A DNA stretch of 64,000 nt from NCBI RefSeq assembly GCF_006345805.1, contig NC_042999.1, forward strand, positions 25,668,001 to 25,732,000, read 5' to 3'. Position 1 is the first letter of the stretch. Each line of letters starts with the position of its first letter. The position numbers and the translations under genes are program-made. Source of the stretch: Octopus sinensis. Lineage: Eukaryota. The notes below the pieces were generated by a model, which made no database searches, was not told where the DNA came from, and saw nothing but the letters and a program-made list of their open reading frames with translations. Positions 38,364 through 51,535 of this stretch are shown one piece after another.

Positions 38364-38365
<2 letters not shown>
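37971..38365 (+). mobile_element. SINE family B dimer (184-bp period) ending in (ATT)n
   Basis: Units start at 38017 and 38201, with the same aaagaaatag|gtatttc junction as the trimer. Confidence 0.88.
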
Positions 38366-38438
<73 letters not shown>

Positions 38439-38451
38439 TTTTTTTTTCTGT

Positions 38452-39806
38452 TGCATTGTTCTTTCATCACGTGTTTTCACTGCACTATCGAGCTCTACGT
38501 GCCTTGGGTATGTGCTGTGGTTTGTTGTGGTGCTCTTATTTTCACTTTATTGAAAGTGTTTCACGTAGGATGTGTGCAGTATCTAATAGTGCAATTTTCT
38601 GTATGTCATATATACTGGTTAGTCCTGGTGTTTTTGTTATGTATTTGTCTGAATATATTTTTATCAGGAATAATGTGCCTACTATGATAATAATTGTTTC
38701 TATTTTTAGACTCCATATTCGATTTAACTCTACTTCTAATTTGAAACTTTCTCCGTTTCTTTTAAAGAAACATTGTCTTTCATTGGTATTAATACATCGA
38801 TTAGCAAGCATTTTTTCTACGTCACCTCTGACAACTATATCAAGCCTATTTGTGCGCATTGGCATACCCCAGAGTATGGTTGCTTTCTCATTTTCTGAGA
38901 CCTTTTCTCGTTTGTGCCTATGCCATCTTTTTTCTGTTGTTCTCCGTGTTGGTATGGCTTCCAGTGTAAAGGTCCTAACACTGATGTGTGTGTGTGAAAA
39001 TAATCCTTCTTAGCCAGGACAGGGCAGCTAGAGACAATACTATTTACTGTTCCTCGTTCATCTCCAAATATTCTGCAATTGTATTTCTTTCTTTACATGT
39101 TATTGGTAATTTCTGGCGGGAAGGCCTTGATCCTGTGTTGCTAATTAAAAATCCTTCAGTCTCTGCTTTGAGTCTTTAGCTTCTCAGCCATTGTTGGGAT
39201 TTTGCTTTGTCTATTCTTTTTCTGCTTATTTTAACCCAGTATTTGTCATGAACGGGCTTCTTTTGCCATCGTTCTATGGTGACCCGTTGCTGTTCCAGTT
39301 TTAGTTAGGATTTCACTTGTTTTACGGCTTTTGTTTTTGTTTTCCTTCATAGTTGTTAGGTATGACTTTTTTTGTATTTGTTAACTTCCTTAAAGACTGA
39401 AAACAGTTTTTGTTGGGGTTTGTTTTTCGTGTTTTGTGGGTATTTGTATTGGTTTTCCTTGCTTCTGAAGTAGGTATTACTGTAGTCCTATGGTGGTTGT
39501 TTTGTAATAGTTTTCTAGCTGTGTCAGACCTATACGACCTCCGATACGTTGTATATATAACCTTTCTATGTCAGGTTTTGTGTTGTGCATCGTAAATCCT
39601 GTCATTATTTTTTTTTTGTTTTCCCGTCTATTTTGATTCATTGATTTAGAGTCCGGTTAAGAATATTGCAGCTGTAACTTATAACTGGGTTGGCTACAGT
39701 GTTAATACCTATTTTTTGTTTTTGTTTTTCCCATCGAGATATAATTTCAGTATTAATGTACCTCAGCTGTAGTTTTCTTTTCTTATCTTCTCTTTCATAT
39801 GTGTGT
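38452..39806 (-). mobile_element. Dong/R4-type non-LTR retrotransposon, 5'-truncated (RT C-terminus, RLE domain, 3' UTR)
   Basis: NRLDIVVR..LEVELNRIWSLKIETIIIIVGTL..IQKIALLDTAHILRETLS matches the NRPDIV..KYxDL..VPIIVGALG..QK..LLGTA.ILR RLE pattern; flanked by (TAA)n. Confidence 0.85.
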
Positions 39807-39936
39807 GTGTATGTGTGTGTGTTATATCGTATCTAGTTAATTGATTTCTAAGTATGTGTATATTGTTATTGTTGTTGTTGTTATTATTATTGCTATTATT
39901 ATTTTATTATTATTATTATCATTATTATTATTATTA

Positions 39937-39987
<51 letters not shown>

Positions 39988-40020
39988 TCATTATTATTAT
40001 TATTATCATTATTATTATTA

Positions 40021-40061
<41 letters not shown>

Positions 40062-40064
40062 TAC

Positions 40065-40585
40065 TTTTAATCTGCATGTTTTTTTACAATCACTTGCCAA
40101 GACACATCCAGCATCCTAGGGCAAGTGAAGGGTAAGAGATGTTACAGCATGATTGAAAGCTTCGGGAAGGCAGGTGGCAGGGACAGTAACGAAATATCTT
40201 CGTGTAATACAACTCATACATTTAAATTGATAGGGTTTTTCTAGGGATATGGGAAGCATTTGTCGGCACAAACTTTGGGATTTCTCTAAGACATGGCTCT
40301 CCTGGGATATCCTCTAGATGTTTCTAACATCCCTGTCTTATCATACGAAAGGTACCCACGATAACAGGAACATTTCTCGCTTTAAGATGACACATATTTT
40401 GTATTTCAATTTCTAGGTCCTTATATTTAGTTAAATTGTCAAATCCCTTTACAAATATTTGTTATCTGTGAGAGCACTTACATCCATTAGTCTACAAGTA
40501 TTTTTTTCCCTGTCTTTATTGATTATGTCTGGTTGATTAGCCTGGATCGTTCTGTTAGTGTATGACTGAAAAATCCCAGATGATA
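40065..40585 (-). mobile_element. Second Dong/R4-type RLE fragment (different subfamily)
   Basis: Minus translation with frameshifts: ANQPDII..CRLMDVS..TKYKDLEIEIQNMCHLKARNVPVIVGTF..IPGEPCL; the 3' end abuts (TAA)n. Confidence 0.78.
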
Positions 40586-43261
40586 TTCTCAGTCTAATTT
40601 ATGTAAAACTATCTAGCAAGGCAGCATCTTCTAATTACCTGATCATAAATAATATATTTTAAAGTAGTGTGGTATTGTACATAATGCATCGACCTTCTGC
40701 ATTAGGAATTACTAAAAAAAAACCTAGAGCAATAATTGAAACCTACTCATAAATATTTCTCTTAGAATTTGTAAACTATCAGCTAACTGGTATATATTGT
40801 ATGAGAATGCTTCCTAAGTACCATCAAGCTTTAAGGGGTAGCGGGTACGTTGTCGATATGAATCAAGGAGTAAAAAAATACATATACGTCTGTATTGGAG
40901 AGCCTTCTTTAAAGCTATACTACAAAGAAGCAAGGGAGCAAATCACAGAGCTTTTCATGAAGAAGCACCAGAATCCTCTTTGCGTATACAAATCTTTTAA
41001 TCAATAAATCTGAGAAAATAGCAGCCTGCAGGCAGAAATGTATTGGATATTTATAAATTATAGAACATGGCCCTAGAAGCACCTAATTGCCAATAAACCA
41101 AAGATGATTGTACTTCAATATTATTACAAATATTATATACCCCGATGAACAATGTATATTACACATGGTATAGCACACCGTATAGGACACATTGTATAAC
41201 TTATACCATTGCAACTTAAACCGTTACAGAATAAGAACTATGACTAGCATCGATAGAACATGCACCATACTTCATCTTTTTTGCATGCATTACTCATAAT
41301 ACAGTAATTAGTACATCATCAGTATATATCGGATCTGAATATACGCGTATAAAATGCAATATAACTTCTTAAGCTCTATCGGTTAATTATACTTCCATTA
41401 TGAAGTAGTCGCCACCTCCACCCATGTACACGTCCGACATAACCATTGTTATTATCAACTTCATCTTTATTTACACCTACTTCAGAACTTCAATCACATA
41501 ATCACATAATTCTTTCTGTTTCCATCACTATCAAGATTATCACAATAATAATTAAATACTCCCTCTTATACACCGCCAGTATTTTCGACATCACTGGTGC
41601 TGTAAACATTATCAACACATTAGCAATAACAATTATCTAATAATGAGACTAATATTTGATGTTATTATTAATATTATTAGCGTTTTAATAAAATTATAAC
41701 AGATGCTTCATAATCTTTTCTACTTGTGTTACTGCTTTTGTTACTACTAATATTAATATTAATATTATTACAGTGATTATTTTTAATATGCAGCATATTT
41801 TGTTTTTTCAGAGGTGATATTTTTAGAATTGTTAGGAGTTTATCGTTATTGTAATTAATCTCCATGATGATGATGATGATGAAGATGATTATCAGTATCT
41901 TCCTACTCCTCCTCGTCATCATTAACATTATCATTTTATTTTGTTATCGTTTATTAATATTATTATTACTATTCTTAGTTTTATTACTTTTGTTGTTGCT
42001 GTTGTTTGATTAATAGCGAAGGTAGTAATTGTTTTAATGAGGATACTGTTATTAACGAATATAACAATATCAGCAACAACAACTACAGTAGCAACAACAA
42101 CAAGTACAACAATAGCTACAACAATGCATTATGATCAGAAAACAAACCAATCTCCCGTGTGATTTTTAATAATGCGTGAATTTAATATAAACAATATATA
42201 TAGGTATAGCTAGCATGGCAGGTACCATACAATTAAAATCTAAAAATTCATTAATAGCGATGGAAGCGTTATTAGTTCAGAATAGCATTCTCCATATCAT
42301 ACTTAACGTTGATATACTGCAGTGAGATATCAGTAGTGGATGAAAATCATCGAGCAGCGGCAGTGGAATTGCTATGTCTGGGATTTATCAAAGCATGCGG
42401 TCTTTAGGGGACACTTGCTACCTATGATGCGCAAATACAAACATATCAAATTTATTTTGGCGAATTGGAGGACGCCATCTCCTCCGAATCGAGCTGCTCT
42501 ATCGCAGACTTTGCAGTCCTCTCTGTTGATTCATTCTAAAATAACTAGCCTTATTATGGATTTACAGTCAAAGAGACTTATCCCTAATTTTCTTTTTTTC
42601 CTTCCTTTTTCGTTTTTTTTTTCGTCCTTCCAATTTTTTCATCTATCTTCTCAATCTTCTTGTGATTTCTCCCTTTCTAGTGTCCTAAATTGAAGAGGTC
42701 ATATTCTAAGTGCCAGCGGATTGCTTCGAGACAGAAGGCGTGTTATAAACTCCTTCCTAATCTGCATCTCCAAAGTACGAAACTATCAATAGTTCCTATC
42801 GTTACACTGTGCGCATCATATGTTATTTATCTCTCTATGGAAGGAGTACTTTTTTGTGACCTTGCCTTCATAAAAAAGATTACTATATATACATACCTAC
42901 ACGTTTATATATGTATGCATTCGTACACATTTGCGCACATACATAATCATAGCATATGTATATGGATGCACATATGTATACACACAAGTATACATATACA
43001 TATATATGCATATTCATATATGAGTGTGTGTTTGGTGCGCATGTATGTTTCTGTATGTATGCATTTAAAATTTTGCTCTAAAGCAAATAACAATATATTG
43101 ACTGGGACATTTCTCCAGTACACAAGCGCATAGACACAAACACATGCACACACAAGCTTCATACACGCACAAACAAACACACACATGCACACCCTCACAC
43201 TAATATACTCCAGCGTGTAGCGCTTCAGAGATCATAGGATATTCATCTATTAGTAAATCAC

Positions 43262-43340
<79 letters not shown>

Positions 43341-43366
43341 GTATAAATATATATGTATATATGCAT

Positions 43367-43404
<38 letters not shown>

Positions 43405-43864
43405 CGTGTGGGTGTATGTATATATATTTACACACACGAACACACATACACACACACACGTATATATCGATATATCGATAGCTCTTTTCATTCGTATCAC
43501 TTATGGATAAGTTGCTGCAGATAAAATGTAGCAGGACTAAAGGAAATATATACTAAAAAGCAAAAAGAGAATATATCGAAAATACAATTAGTTCAAAACA
43601 GTCGGTGAATTAGAACATTGGCAAAGCAAGTGTTTCTTTGCTGTAGCATGACGATAATTTACTCCGATCTAATGTATGTCTGGCGAGTACTGCGTTAAAG
43701 GATACATTCTCTGGACAAGCAATGTATGTAAAATACGTGTGTACTTTTCAGTTAATGCTAGTAGAGGTTATATGTACTTTAGAAACATTGGTTAATCAAT
43801 CAAATGGAATATATCTGTGTGGTCTATCGAACTGCTAAAAAGAGCAGCTATACATTAAGTGGCA

Positions 43865-43968
43865 TTAAAAATGTATGATTTAGATAATGTATTCCTCATA
43901 TACATAATCTTGCATGTCTTAAAAATGTATGATTTAGATAACGTACTCCCGATATACATAATATTTTC
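43865..43968. repeat. Tandem duplication, 54-bp unit x2
   Basis: ttaaaaatgtatgatttagataa at 43865 and 43919. Confidence 0.85.
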
Positions 43969-43984
43969 TGCTATAGAATCTAGA

Positions 43985-44152
43985 GGAAGGGACCCATTCG
44001 ATTACATCGACACTAGTGCGGAAATGGTACTTATTTTATCGATCCCGAAAGGATGAAATGCAAAGGTGGCCTCGGCGGAATTTGAACTCAGAATGTAAAT
44101 GATGCTAAGCAATTTGTTCGGTGTGATAACTATACTGATTACTCGCCGCCTT
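43985..44152 (-). mobile_element. SINE family B, diverged
   Basis: cccgaaaggatgaaatgcaaagg..ctcggcggaatttgaactcagaa..ctcgccgcc. Confidence 0.78.
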
Positions 44153-45272
44153 ACCCCTTACCTCATATGTGTAATGAAGAAATGGTTACAATTAGAAAAA
44201 AACTTTTGGCTAGAATTCAACTCACACATAACTGGGAATAAACTACAATAATGCTAACCCGAATGCCATAAGATCTTGGAATACTCTGAGAGAAAAGCAT
44301 ATTTGGCAATGTGAGCACAAATGCACTATGTGCGATAATAATACAGGATGGTCATGAATAAAAACCGGTTGGCCAAATATCTTATCACTCACAGTTAAGG
44401 TTCGTTTAAGCAATAGAGTAACAACATGAAGGCATGAACAATCCAAGCTGATGTCACAACTTGACTATCAAAGTATTTCTATGATGCCTACTATGACAAA
44501 GTAATTATCGTGTTCAACAGTAACATAACTCTCAATTGATAAGCTGCCGAAGGAAATAAACAAGCAAATATTAGATGATATACTAGGTTCGAATAAAAAT
44601 CGGAATGTTTATGGTTAGAAGGCGTAAGGGCATGAGTTTAATCTATGAAGTTTGTCATAATACTATGCAATAACATTAAAAAAGAATAATATCACTATAT
44701 CTCACGGCATTAGCATCAACATTACTGTTTACCGCCACCACCGTAACCAGTATCAACACTGCTACCACCCGCAGCAGTACAACCACCATGACCAGATTCT
44801 CAAACTGAAATTGTCTACTACATTACGATTATCACTATCACCACTAGTTACCTACAAAATCACCACTAATGCCAACTTCACCGACAGAAACACCACCACC
44901 ATTAACACAACCACTATACCATTACCAACAACACCACTATCACCATGGCCACCATTTCGATAACCAGTTAGCTACAGATATGGAAGAGCTGCCATGTTGG
45001 TAGAGGTAGTTACTGTTGCTTTCAGTTAGATATGTCTGTGTTGTTTGTAAATGAAACAAAGTGTTTACTTCAACCGGAAATTGGAGATAACTTATCTGCT
45101 ATCTGCTGCTGCTGCTGCTACTGCTGCTACTACTGCATCTCTTGGTTTCTCTCCCCAGAGTCATGATTTTGATGATGGTGACCGACATCACCATCACCTT
45201 CATCGCGTCGTAGTGGTAGTCATCGTCGTCGTCGACGTCATCATCATCATCATCATCATCATCAACAAAAGC

Positions 45273-45307
<35 letters not shown>

Positions 45308-46100
45308 AAAGCAACAACAACAATCTAGAAAGTAGTGCTAATGTTTTATATCAGTATTTCTTCAGCAATTATTCACCGTTGTCGAATTTATAACGCATTT
45401 AGACCAGTCTGATTAATTTTAACCATATATTAGAAGATTAACAATAAACGATTTTAAAGACGTTACATGCCTTCCATATGCATTTCAATATACGAATATT
45501 ATTTGCCTGTTATTTGCCAAAGTGTGTACCATCAAACATACACTCTGTAGTCTGTTTGATGGCATACAATAATGAGTATGTTCCATATAAAGCAAAATAT
45601 GTTCAAAAATGTGCAAGAGTGCTCCAAATATAGAGATCATTAAGGTTCATAGTTCTCAGAGGTGGTGGAAAACTGTGGCGCCTTAACCATTTTGCCATAT
45701 CCATTAAATGTTTTGAATGTATCCAACGACCAATGTGTGGCGGGACACCTCGTACTAAAGGTAATCAGGCGAAAACTAATCATCCAAATATTTGTAACCT
45801 CATTGATATGTTAAAATCGAAGAGAAATTTTGTTTGCATGTGACAAATTGCAGAAAGAAAAAGGAGGAGGAGAAATCGAAAAAAGATAAAATTCTATGGC
45901 GAGATACTTTACAAAATTCAGAAATACAAGAGGAACAAGAAAATTTACGATTCAGAATAAAAAGAAATGATATTATGATTCAGAAAATAAATGTGAAACG
46001 TTCGATTCAGAATTTTAATAAAAATGGAATTTTTGAAAGCAATTGCTCATAATCTAAAATTTTAATGTAGTTCTTTGTTTTTTTTGGTTGTTTTTTTCTA

Positions 46101-46487
46101 GTTTCAGTCATTTGACTGCGGCCATGCTGGAGCACCGCCTTTAATCGAGCAACTCGACCCCGGGACTTATTCTTTTGTAAGCCCGGTACTTTTTCTATCG
46201 GTCTCTTTTGCCGAATCGCTAAGTAACGGGGACATAAACACACCAGCATCGGTTGTCAAGCAATGCTAGGGGGACAAACACAGACACATAAACACACACA
46301 CGCATATATATATATACATACATACGACGGGCTTCCTTCAGTTTCCGTCTACCAAATCCACTCACAAGGCTTTGGTCGGCCCGAGGCTATAGTAGAAGAC
46401 ACTTGCCCAAGGTGCCACGCAGTGGGAGTGAACCCGGAACCATGTTGTTGGTAAACAAGCTACTTACCACACAGCCACTCCTGCGCC
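46101..46487 (-). mobile_element. Full-length, young SINE family A
   Basis: Complete head, CORE-like segment, short microsatellite and tail. Confidence 0.93.
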
Positions 46488-47888
46488 TGAATATTTCTTA
46501 TATATTCTTGTTAGTTGTTTTATAAAAATTATCTTTAATAATTACATTTTAGTTTAAATTATTTTTTTCTCCATATACTCTTTACATACTCATTTTATAA
46601 ACAAAGTTTTAGTTTTGAGGTGTTTGTAAAAATATAAAATTAATCGAAGAATAGAATGAAAAAATTCTAGTAAACTACAGATTTTGTCTTCATACTTTTA
46701 CTATTTAGTTTTGTATCCAATACTTCATACCAAATTCATTGCATCTCAATATCAACGTTAAAAATAATTTTGGATTTCTTAACTTCAGTGTCAATGCATT
46801 GTTTAGGCAACATCACCTAGTAAATTTTCGAATATGAATACTGAATGCATATTGTGAGTTTATTATTTTATATTTAAAATTTCCTTGTGAAACATACCCC
46901 TGATTTTTCATTTAATTCCCTGTGCATTAACGAGTTGAAAAATGGTCAGAACCATTATTGTACATCCTGTGTGTTGATAAATAAGGAAAATACTATTCAA
47001 CACATAAGCTGGGTACGTATATGCATATTTCATTAGAAGCTGAACCTTTTAATAAAATACACACATTTTAAAGAATCCTTGCCATGAATCTAGAATATCA
47101 GCAAACGGAACACTGACAATAAGAATGTGGATAAGGGACTCAATCAATATCTATACAGTACTACTATTTTACTAGTAATCGATCTTCACATGCATTATAT
47201 GTCAAAGCAACTAAAGGATAAATCTAAACTTATGTAACGTAAGTAAACAGCTCACCGCATTTAGTTTGTACTTCGACAGGTGGTTTTTTATTCAAAAGCC
47301 TTAGTGATACATCTATCTCACAGAGCTTTTTGGTTCTTGTAACGTCTCATCCAGATAAACGTATCTACAAGAAAATAGTTCTATCATAGCCATCGTATAT
47401 CAAAATAGATATTCCAATGTATTCATTTTATAAATTCATAAACTATCAATTGATAGAGACAGAGAGAGAGAGAGAGAAAGAGAGGGAGATACAGCTAAGG
47501 AGATAGAGAAGGGGAGATTTAGCTGCTAGCCCTTGCATGCTATATAGCTATAGATAATACCAAAGCTCACCTTCACTTTTCTACTTGTAGAACATAATTG
47601 TAACCTATAGTTTCTAGGAGCACAAGGTGACCTGGTGAAGCCATAGAATGGATCGTTAAATATGATACATCAGGATATCATATATGTATATATATATGTG
47701 TGTGTGTGTGTGATTGTTGAATAATATCTAGTTGACTCTTGCTTGTGTACTGCCACTTCAAAACCATAGGTCCTGGTCCGATTTCTGTTTAAATGTCAAT
47801 GGAATTATGCATCACTTTCTTTTACAATATTTTTGCATGACAAATAAGACAGAGTTCTCAAGTTTTTTCCTTTTTCTTCCATTACTAG

Positions 47889-47965
47889 ACAACAAAAACG
47901 TGATAGTGTAATTATGGCAAAAGCTGAACGGCAAACACAAGCACATCAATTGTCGCTTACAACAG
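47889..47965 (+). CDS. Candidate 77-nt exon (QQKRDSVIMAKAERQTQAHQLSLTT)
   Basis: Long pyrimidine tract ttttttcctttttcttccattactag, donor CAG|gttagt, one open frame containing attATGG. Confidence 0.33.
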
Positions 47966-48089
47966 GTTAGTTCTCGCCTGAAAAACTGGATTAATGTCCA
48001 CATCAGATCAATACGTAAATGTTGTCAGAACCTGTTGTACTTGTAAACTACTAAGAAAATAATAGACAAGAAAAAGAATTGTGTTCATC

Positions 48090-48184
<95 letters not shown>

Positions 48185-48327
48185 AACATAAAACCGGATG
48201 TAACAATCAGATATTACGTTCAGATAGCCAGTGTGACACGAATTGCATAAGAGCCGCTTAATGTTATTATGGAAATGTCATTAAATATAACCACGAAGTA
48301 AATCTAAATGACAAGATAAATGAAGTA

Positions 48328-48390
<63 letters not shown>

Positions 48391-48462
48391 TAACAATAAC
48401 AACAATAATAATAATAACAATAATAATAATAATAATAATAACAATAACAATAACAATAACAA

Positions 48463-48557
<95 letters not shown>

Positions 48558-48558
<1 letters not shown>

Positions 48559-49140
48559 ACGAAGGAATGTCCTAGACTTGCACCAAACTACTACTAGTTG
48601 TGGCAGCACGAAAGTTCTCCACTGGAAACTGTGCGACGGGTGTGAGCGCAAACTGCAGAGAGTAGCTGAGTCGGAGACTAGCAAAATTTCCTGGGATTTC
48701 CCAATCCAAACAGATCAGGTTCTAGAGCATAATAGATTGGACCTAGTGGTAGTGGACAAGGCGGACTACATATGCTATATAGTTGCATATATGCTATATA
48801 GTTGCATGCACCTTTGACCCACGGATGCGCAAGAAAGAAGGCGGAATGATAGATACAACCCTCGTAAGTACGAAATAGCCCGGTTATGGAAAATGAAGAA
48901 GGTCAAGATAGTGGCAAATAGTGTTGGGTCCTTGGGAACAGTATCAGAAAGTATCAAGAGGAATATAAATGAAATTGGAATAGAGTGCCCAGTAGAACTG
49001 TTAGAAAAGTTTTGCCTCCTTATCGGGAAAGTTAATAGGTAGCTGAAAAGAGAGAATAGCATGGTACCGTAGGCTGCATGTAGTAAGCTCGCTACGTATG
49101 CAAGACTCCAGTAGCTCTAACATAACCTGTGCTAAAGAGA
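48558..49140 (+). mobile_element. Dong/R4-type RLE 3' fragment in an (AAT)n array
   Basis: KISWDFPIQTDQVLEHNRLDLVVVDK..KYEIARLWKMKKVKIV..VGSLGTV..IGIECPVELLEK. Confidence 0.8.
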
Positions 49141-49206
49141 TATTGATGTTGATGATGATAATGATAACAACAACAACAAAAACAAGAACAACAATAATAA
49201 TAATAG

Positions 49207-49420
49207 GGAAAATATCAGTAGGCCTCAAGGGGAATAAAAGGGAATTGAGAATAGAGTACCCTGTACAACTGTTACAAAAGGGTTGCTTCATCGGCACGGT
49301 CAGACTAATCAAGAAAGTGTTGGATAATTGAAACGAACATAGCGTTGTCCTCTAGGCGCAGCAACCCAGTTACGCATGAAAGACTCCAGGAGTTCCAACA
49401 AAACAGGAGTTAAAAATAAC
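49207..49420 (+). mobile_element. Shorter related RLE 3' fragment in tandem
   Basis: ELRIEYPVQLLQKGCFIGTVRLIKKVLDN*, plus a UTR sharing gctacg/gttacg..aagactcca with the previous copy. Confidence 0.7.
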
Positions 49421-49619
49421 ATCATCAGCAACAATAATAATAATCAATGACAACAAAAAGATCATCGACACTACTAAATAAAAAACCTTGCAGCATAAAA
49501 ATGAGGCCATTGCGTACATAAATTCAAACGGCTGGCTGTGGAAACTAGCATGGATATGTTATATGTACACAAATAATTACATACATAACTACACACACAT
49601 GCGTACACAACCTCAAGCA

Positions 49620-49653
<34 letters not shown>

Positions 49654-49781
49654 TGATGCGTGTATGTAAGTTTATGTAATTTTTTGTGTACACACGCAGA
49701 GATATTTGATGAAATGTTTATTAATTACAGCAAGGAACACTTTGCTTGTAAGGTCAACGAATATATATATATATAACTAAG

Positions 49782-49814
49782 GATAAGATCGATATTTCAA
49801 ATATCGATCTTATC
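49782..49814. repeat. 33-bp palindrome with a 1-nt centre
   Basis: gataagatcgatattt-c-aaatatcgatcttatc. Confidence 0.9.
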
Positions 49815-50039
49815 TAGAGGCCAGCATGGGAATAAAAACCTTTCAAAGGTAATAATTAATTAAAATTATAACTTATGGTATCTGAGAGATACCACCATAT
49901 CACACGACGAGCTTTAGGGCCGGCAATTTAAACTGGTCGTGTACATACGTGTATATATATATGTATGTATATACGTTCGTATATGTAAGTATATCGTATG
50001 TTGTATATATGTATATATTTGTATTTATGTGCTGAATGT

Positions 50040-50098
50040 ATTCCACTGATGAAGGCAAAGCATCTCTTATGCAAAGCCAGAAATCAAGGAACAGGAAT
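50040..50098 (+). ncRNA. Degenerate hammerhead-like motif
   Basis: attcca-CTGATGA-a-GGC-aaa-GCAT-ctctt-ATGC-aaa-GCC-a-GAAA...ggaat; helix II is well formed, helix III and cleavage triplet are decayed. Confidence 0.45.
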
Positions 50099-50254
50099 TA
50101 TCCAGTAATTGTTTTGCTAGTTTATTTTGTCTCTTTGTCTTCTCTCCTATATGAACATTTAATGTGGTTTTAGAGTCAAATTTTGGAGTCAAATTTTGGC
50201 TGCTACTTTCAGCGTGGTGGTATTTCTTAGATACCCTAATTTATAATTTTAAAC

Positions 50255-50352
<98 letters not shown>

Positions 50353-50385
50353 ATCTATCTATCTATCTACCTACCTATCTATCTA

Positions 50386-50488
<103 letters not shown>

Positions 50489-50694
50489 GTCTGTCTGTCT
50501 GTCTGTCTGTCTGTATGTTGTATATGAGTATATGTGTATATATATATATATAATATATTATATATACATGTATGTATGTATGTATTCATATATGTATACA
50601 TATACATATATATAATAATATACATACATATATATATGTATATATATATATGTATATATATTACATATCTATATACATATATATATACATGTAT

Positions 50695-50757
<63 letters not shown>

Positions 50758-50761
50758 ATAT

Positions 50762-51535
50762 ATGGGAAATAATGGAAACAACTAGCGTCATAGCATCATA
50801 ATTTTCACATATCTATAAAACTGTCAAAAGCATGTTTAGTTTTATGTTTTTTGATCTAGTAGTAGTGTTGCTTAATGTTTTGCTAAAATTACCGTTTCGT
50901 TTTAGATATTATCAGAAAATGGTAAATAAAATTCATTAAAATTACAGATTCATTAGACATTCAAAGTGCTCGTATGGCAGGTGCTAGCATAGCGAAAATA
51001 GCCGAAATGTTTGGTGTATTAAGAAGTACTGTCTCGAAAATAATGATAGCCTTTGAGAAAGATGGAAATGCCTCCTCGTCAAAACAAAACTCTGGAAGAA
51101 AACGTATACTTTCAGATAGGGACAGTCGGACTCTTACGTGAATTGTTGGAAAGAATCACAAGAGTCCAGCTCCCAAAATTACTGCAGAGCTTAATGACCA
51201 CCTCGAGGACCCAGTTTTAACAAACACTGTTTGCTAGGAGATGCACAAAGCCGGGTTCCACGGGAGGGCTTCAATCAGAAAACCACTACTTTCAAAAGCA
51301 AACGTTGCAACGCGTTTTGAGTGGAGTGCAAACATACAGAACTGGTCACTAGAGCAGTGGAAGAATGTTGTTTTCTCGGATGAGTCATCCTTTACCTTAT
51401 TTCTGAACACTGGCAGAGTATACTATACCATACTTCGTAGAATTCAAGATGTAATCACTGGCAAAGGCGGCCCTGCTCCATATAAAAAAAATTTAAGCTT
51501 TTTCCATTATTTTGAGGCGTTTTCAGTATGTTTAT
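50762..51535 (+). mobile_element. Internally deleted Tc1-like transposon
   Basis: ARMAGASIAKIAEMFGV.RSTVSKI..SGRKRILSDRD..RKPLLSKAN..WSLEQWKNVVFSDESSFTLF, then jumps to RRIQDVITGKGG; TIR remnant aaataatggaaac. Confidence 0.88.

Noticed and set aside
45660-45760. AG/GT-bounded segment reading SIKCFECIQRPMCG (Ly6-like)
   Set aside because: Several frames are open, and the minus strand resembles a decayed transposase (GVPPH..HWSLD..DLYIWS); unresolved.
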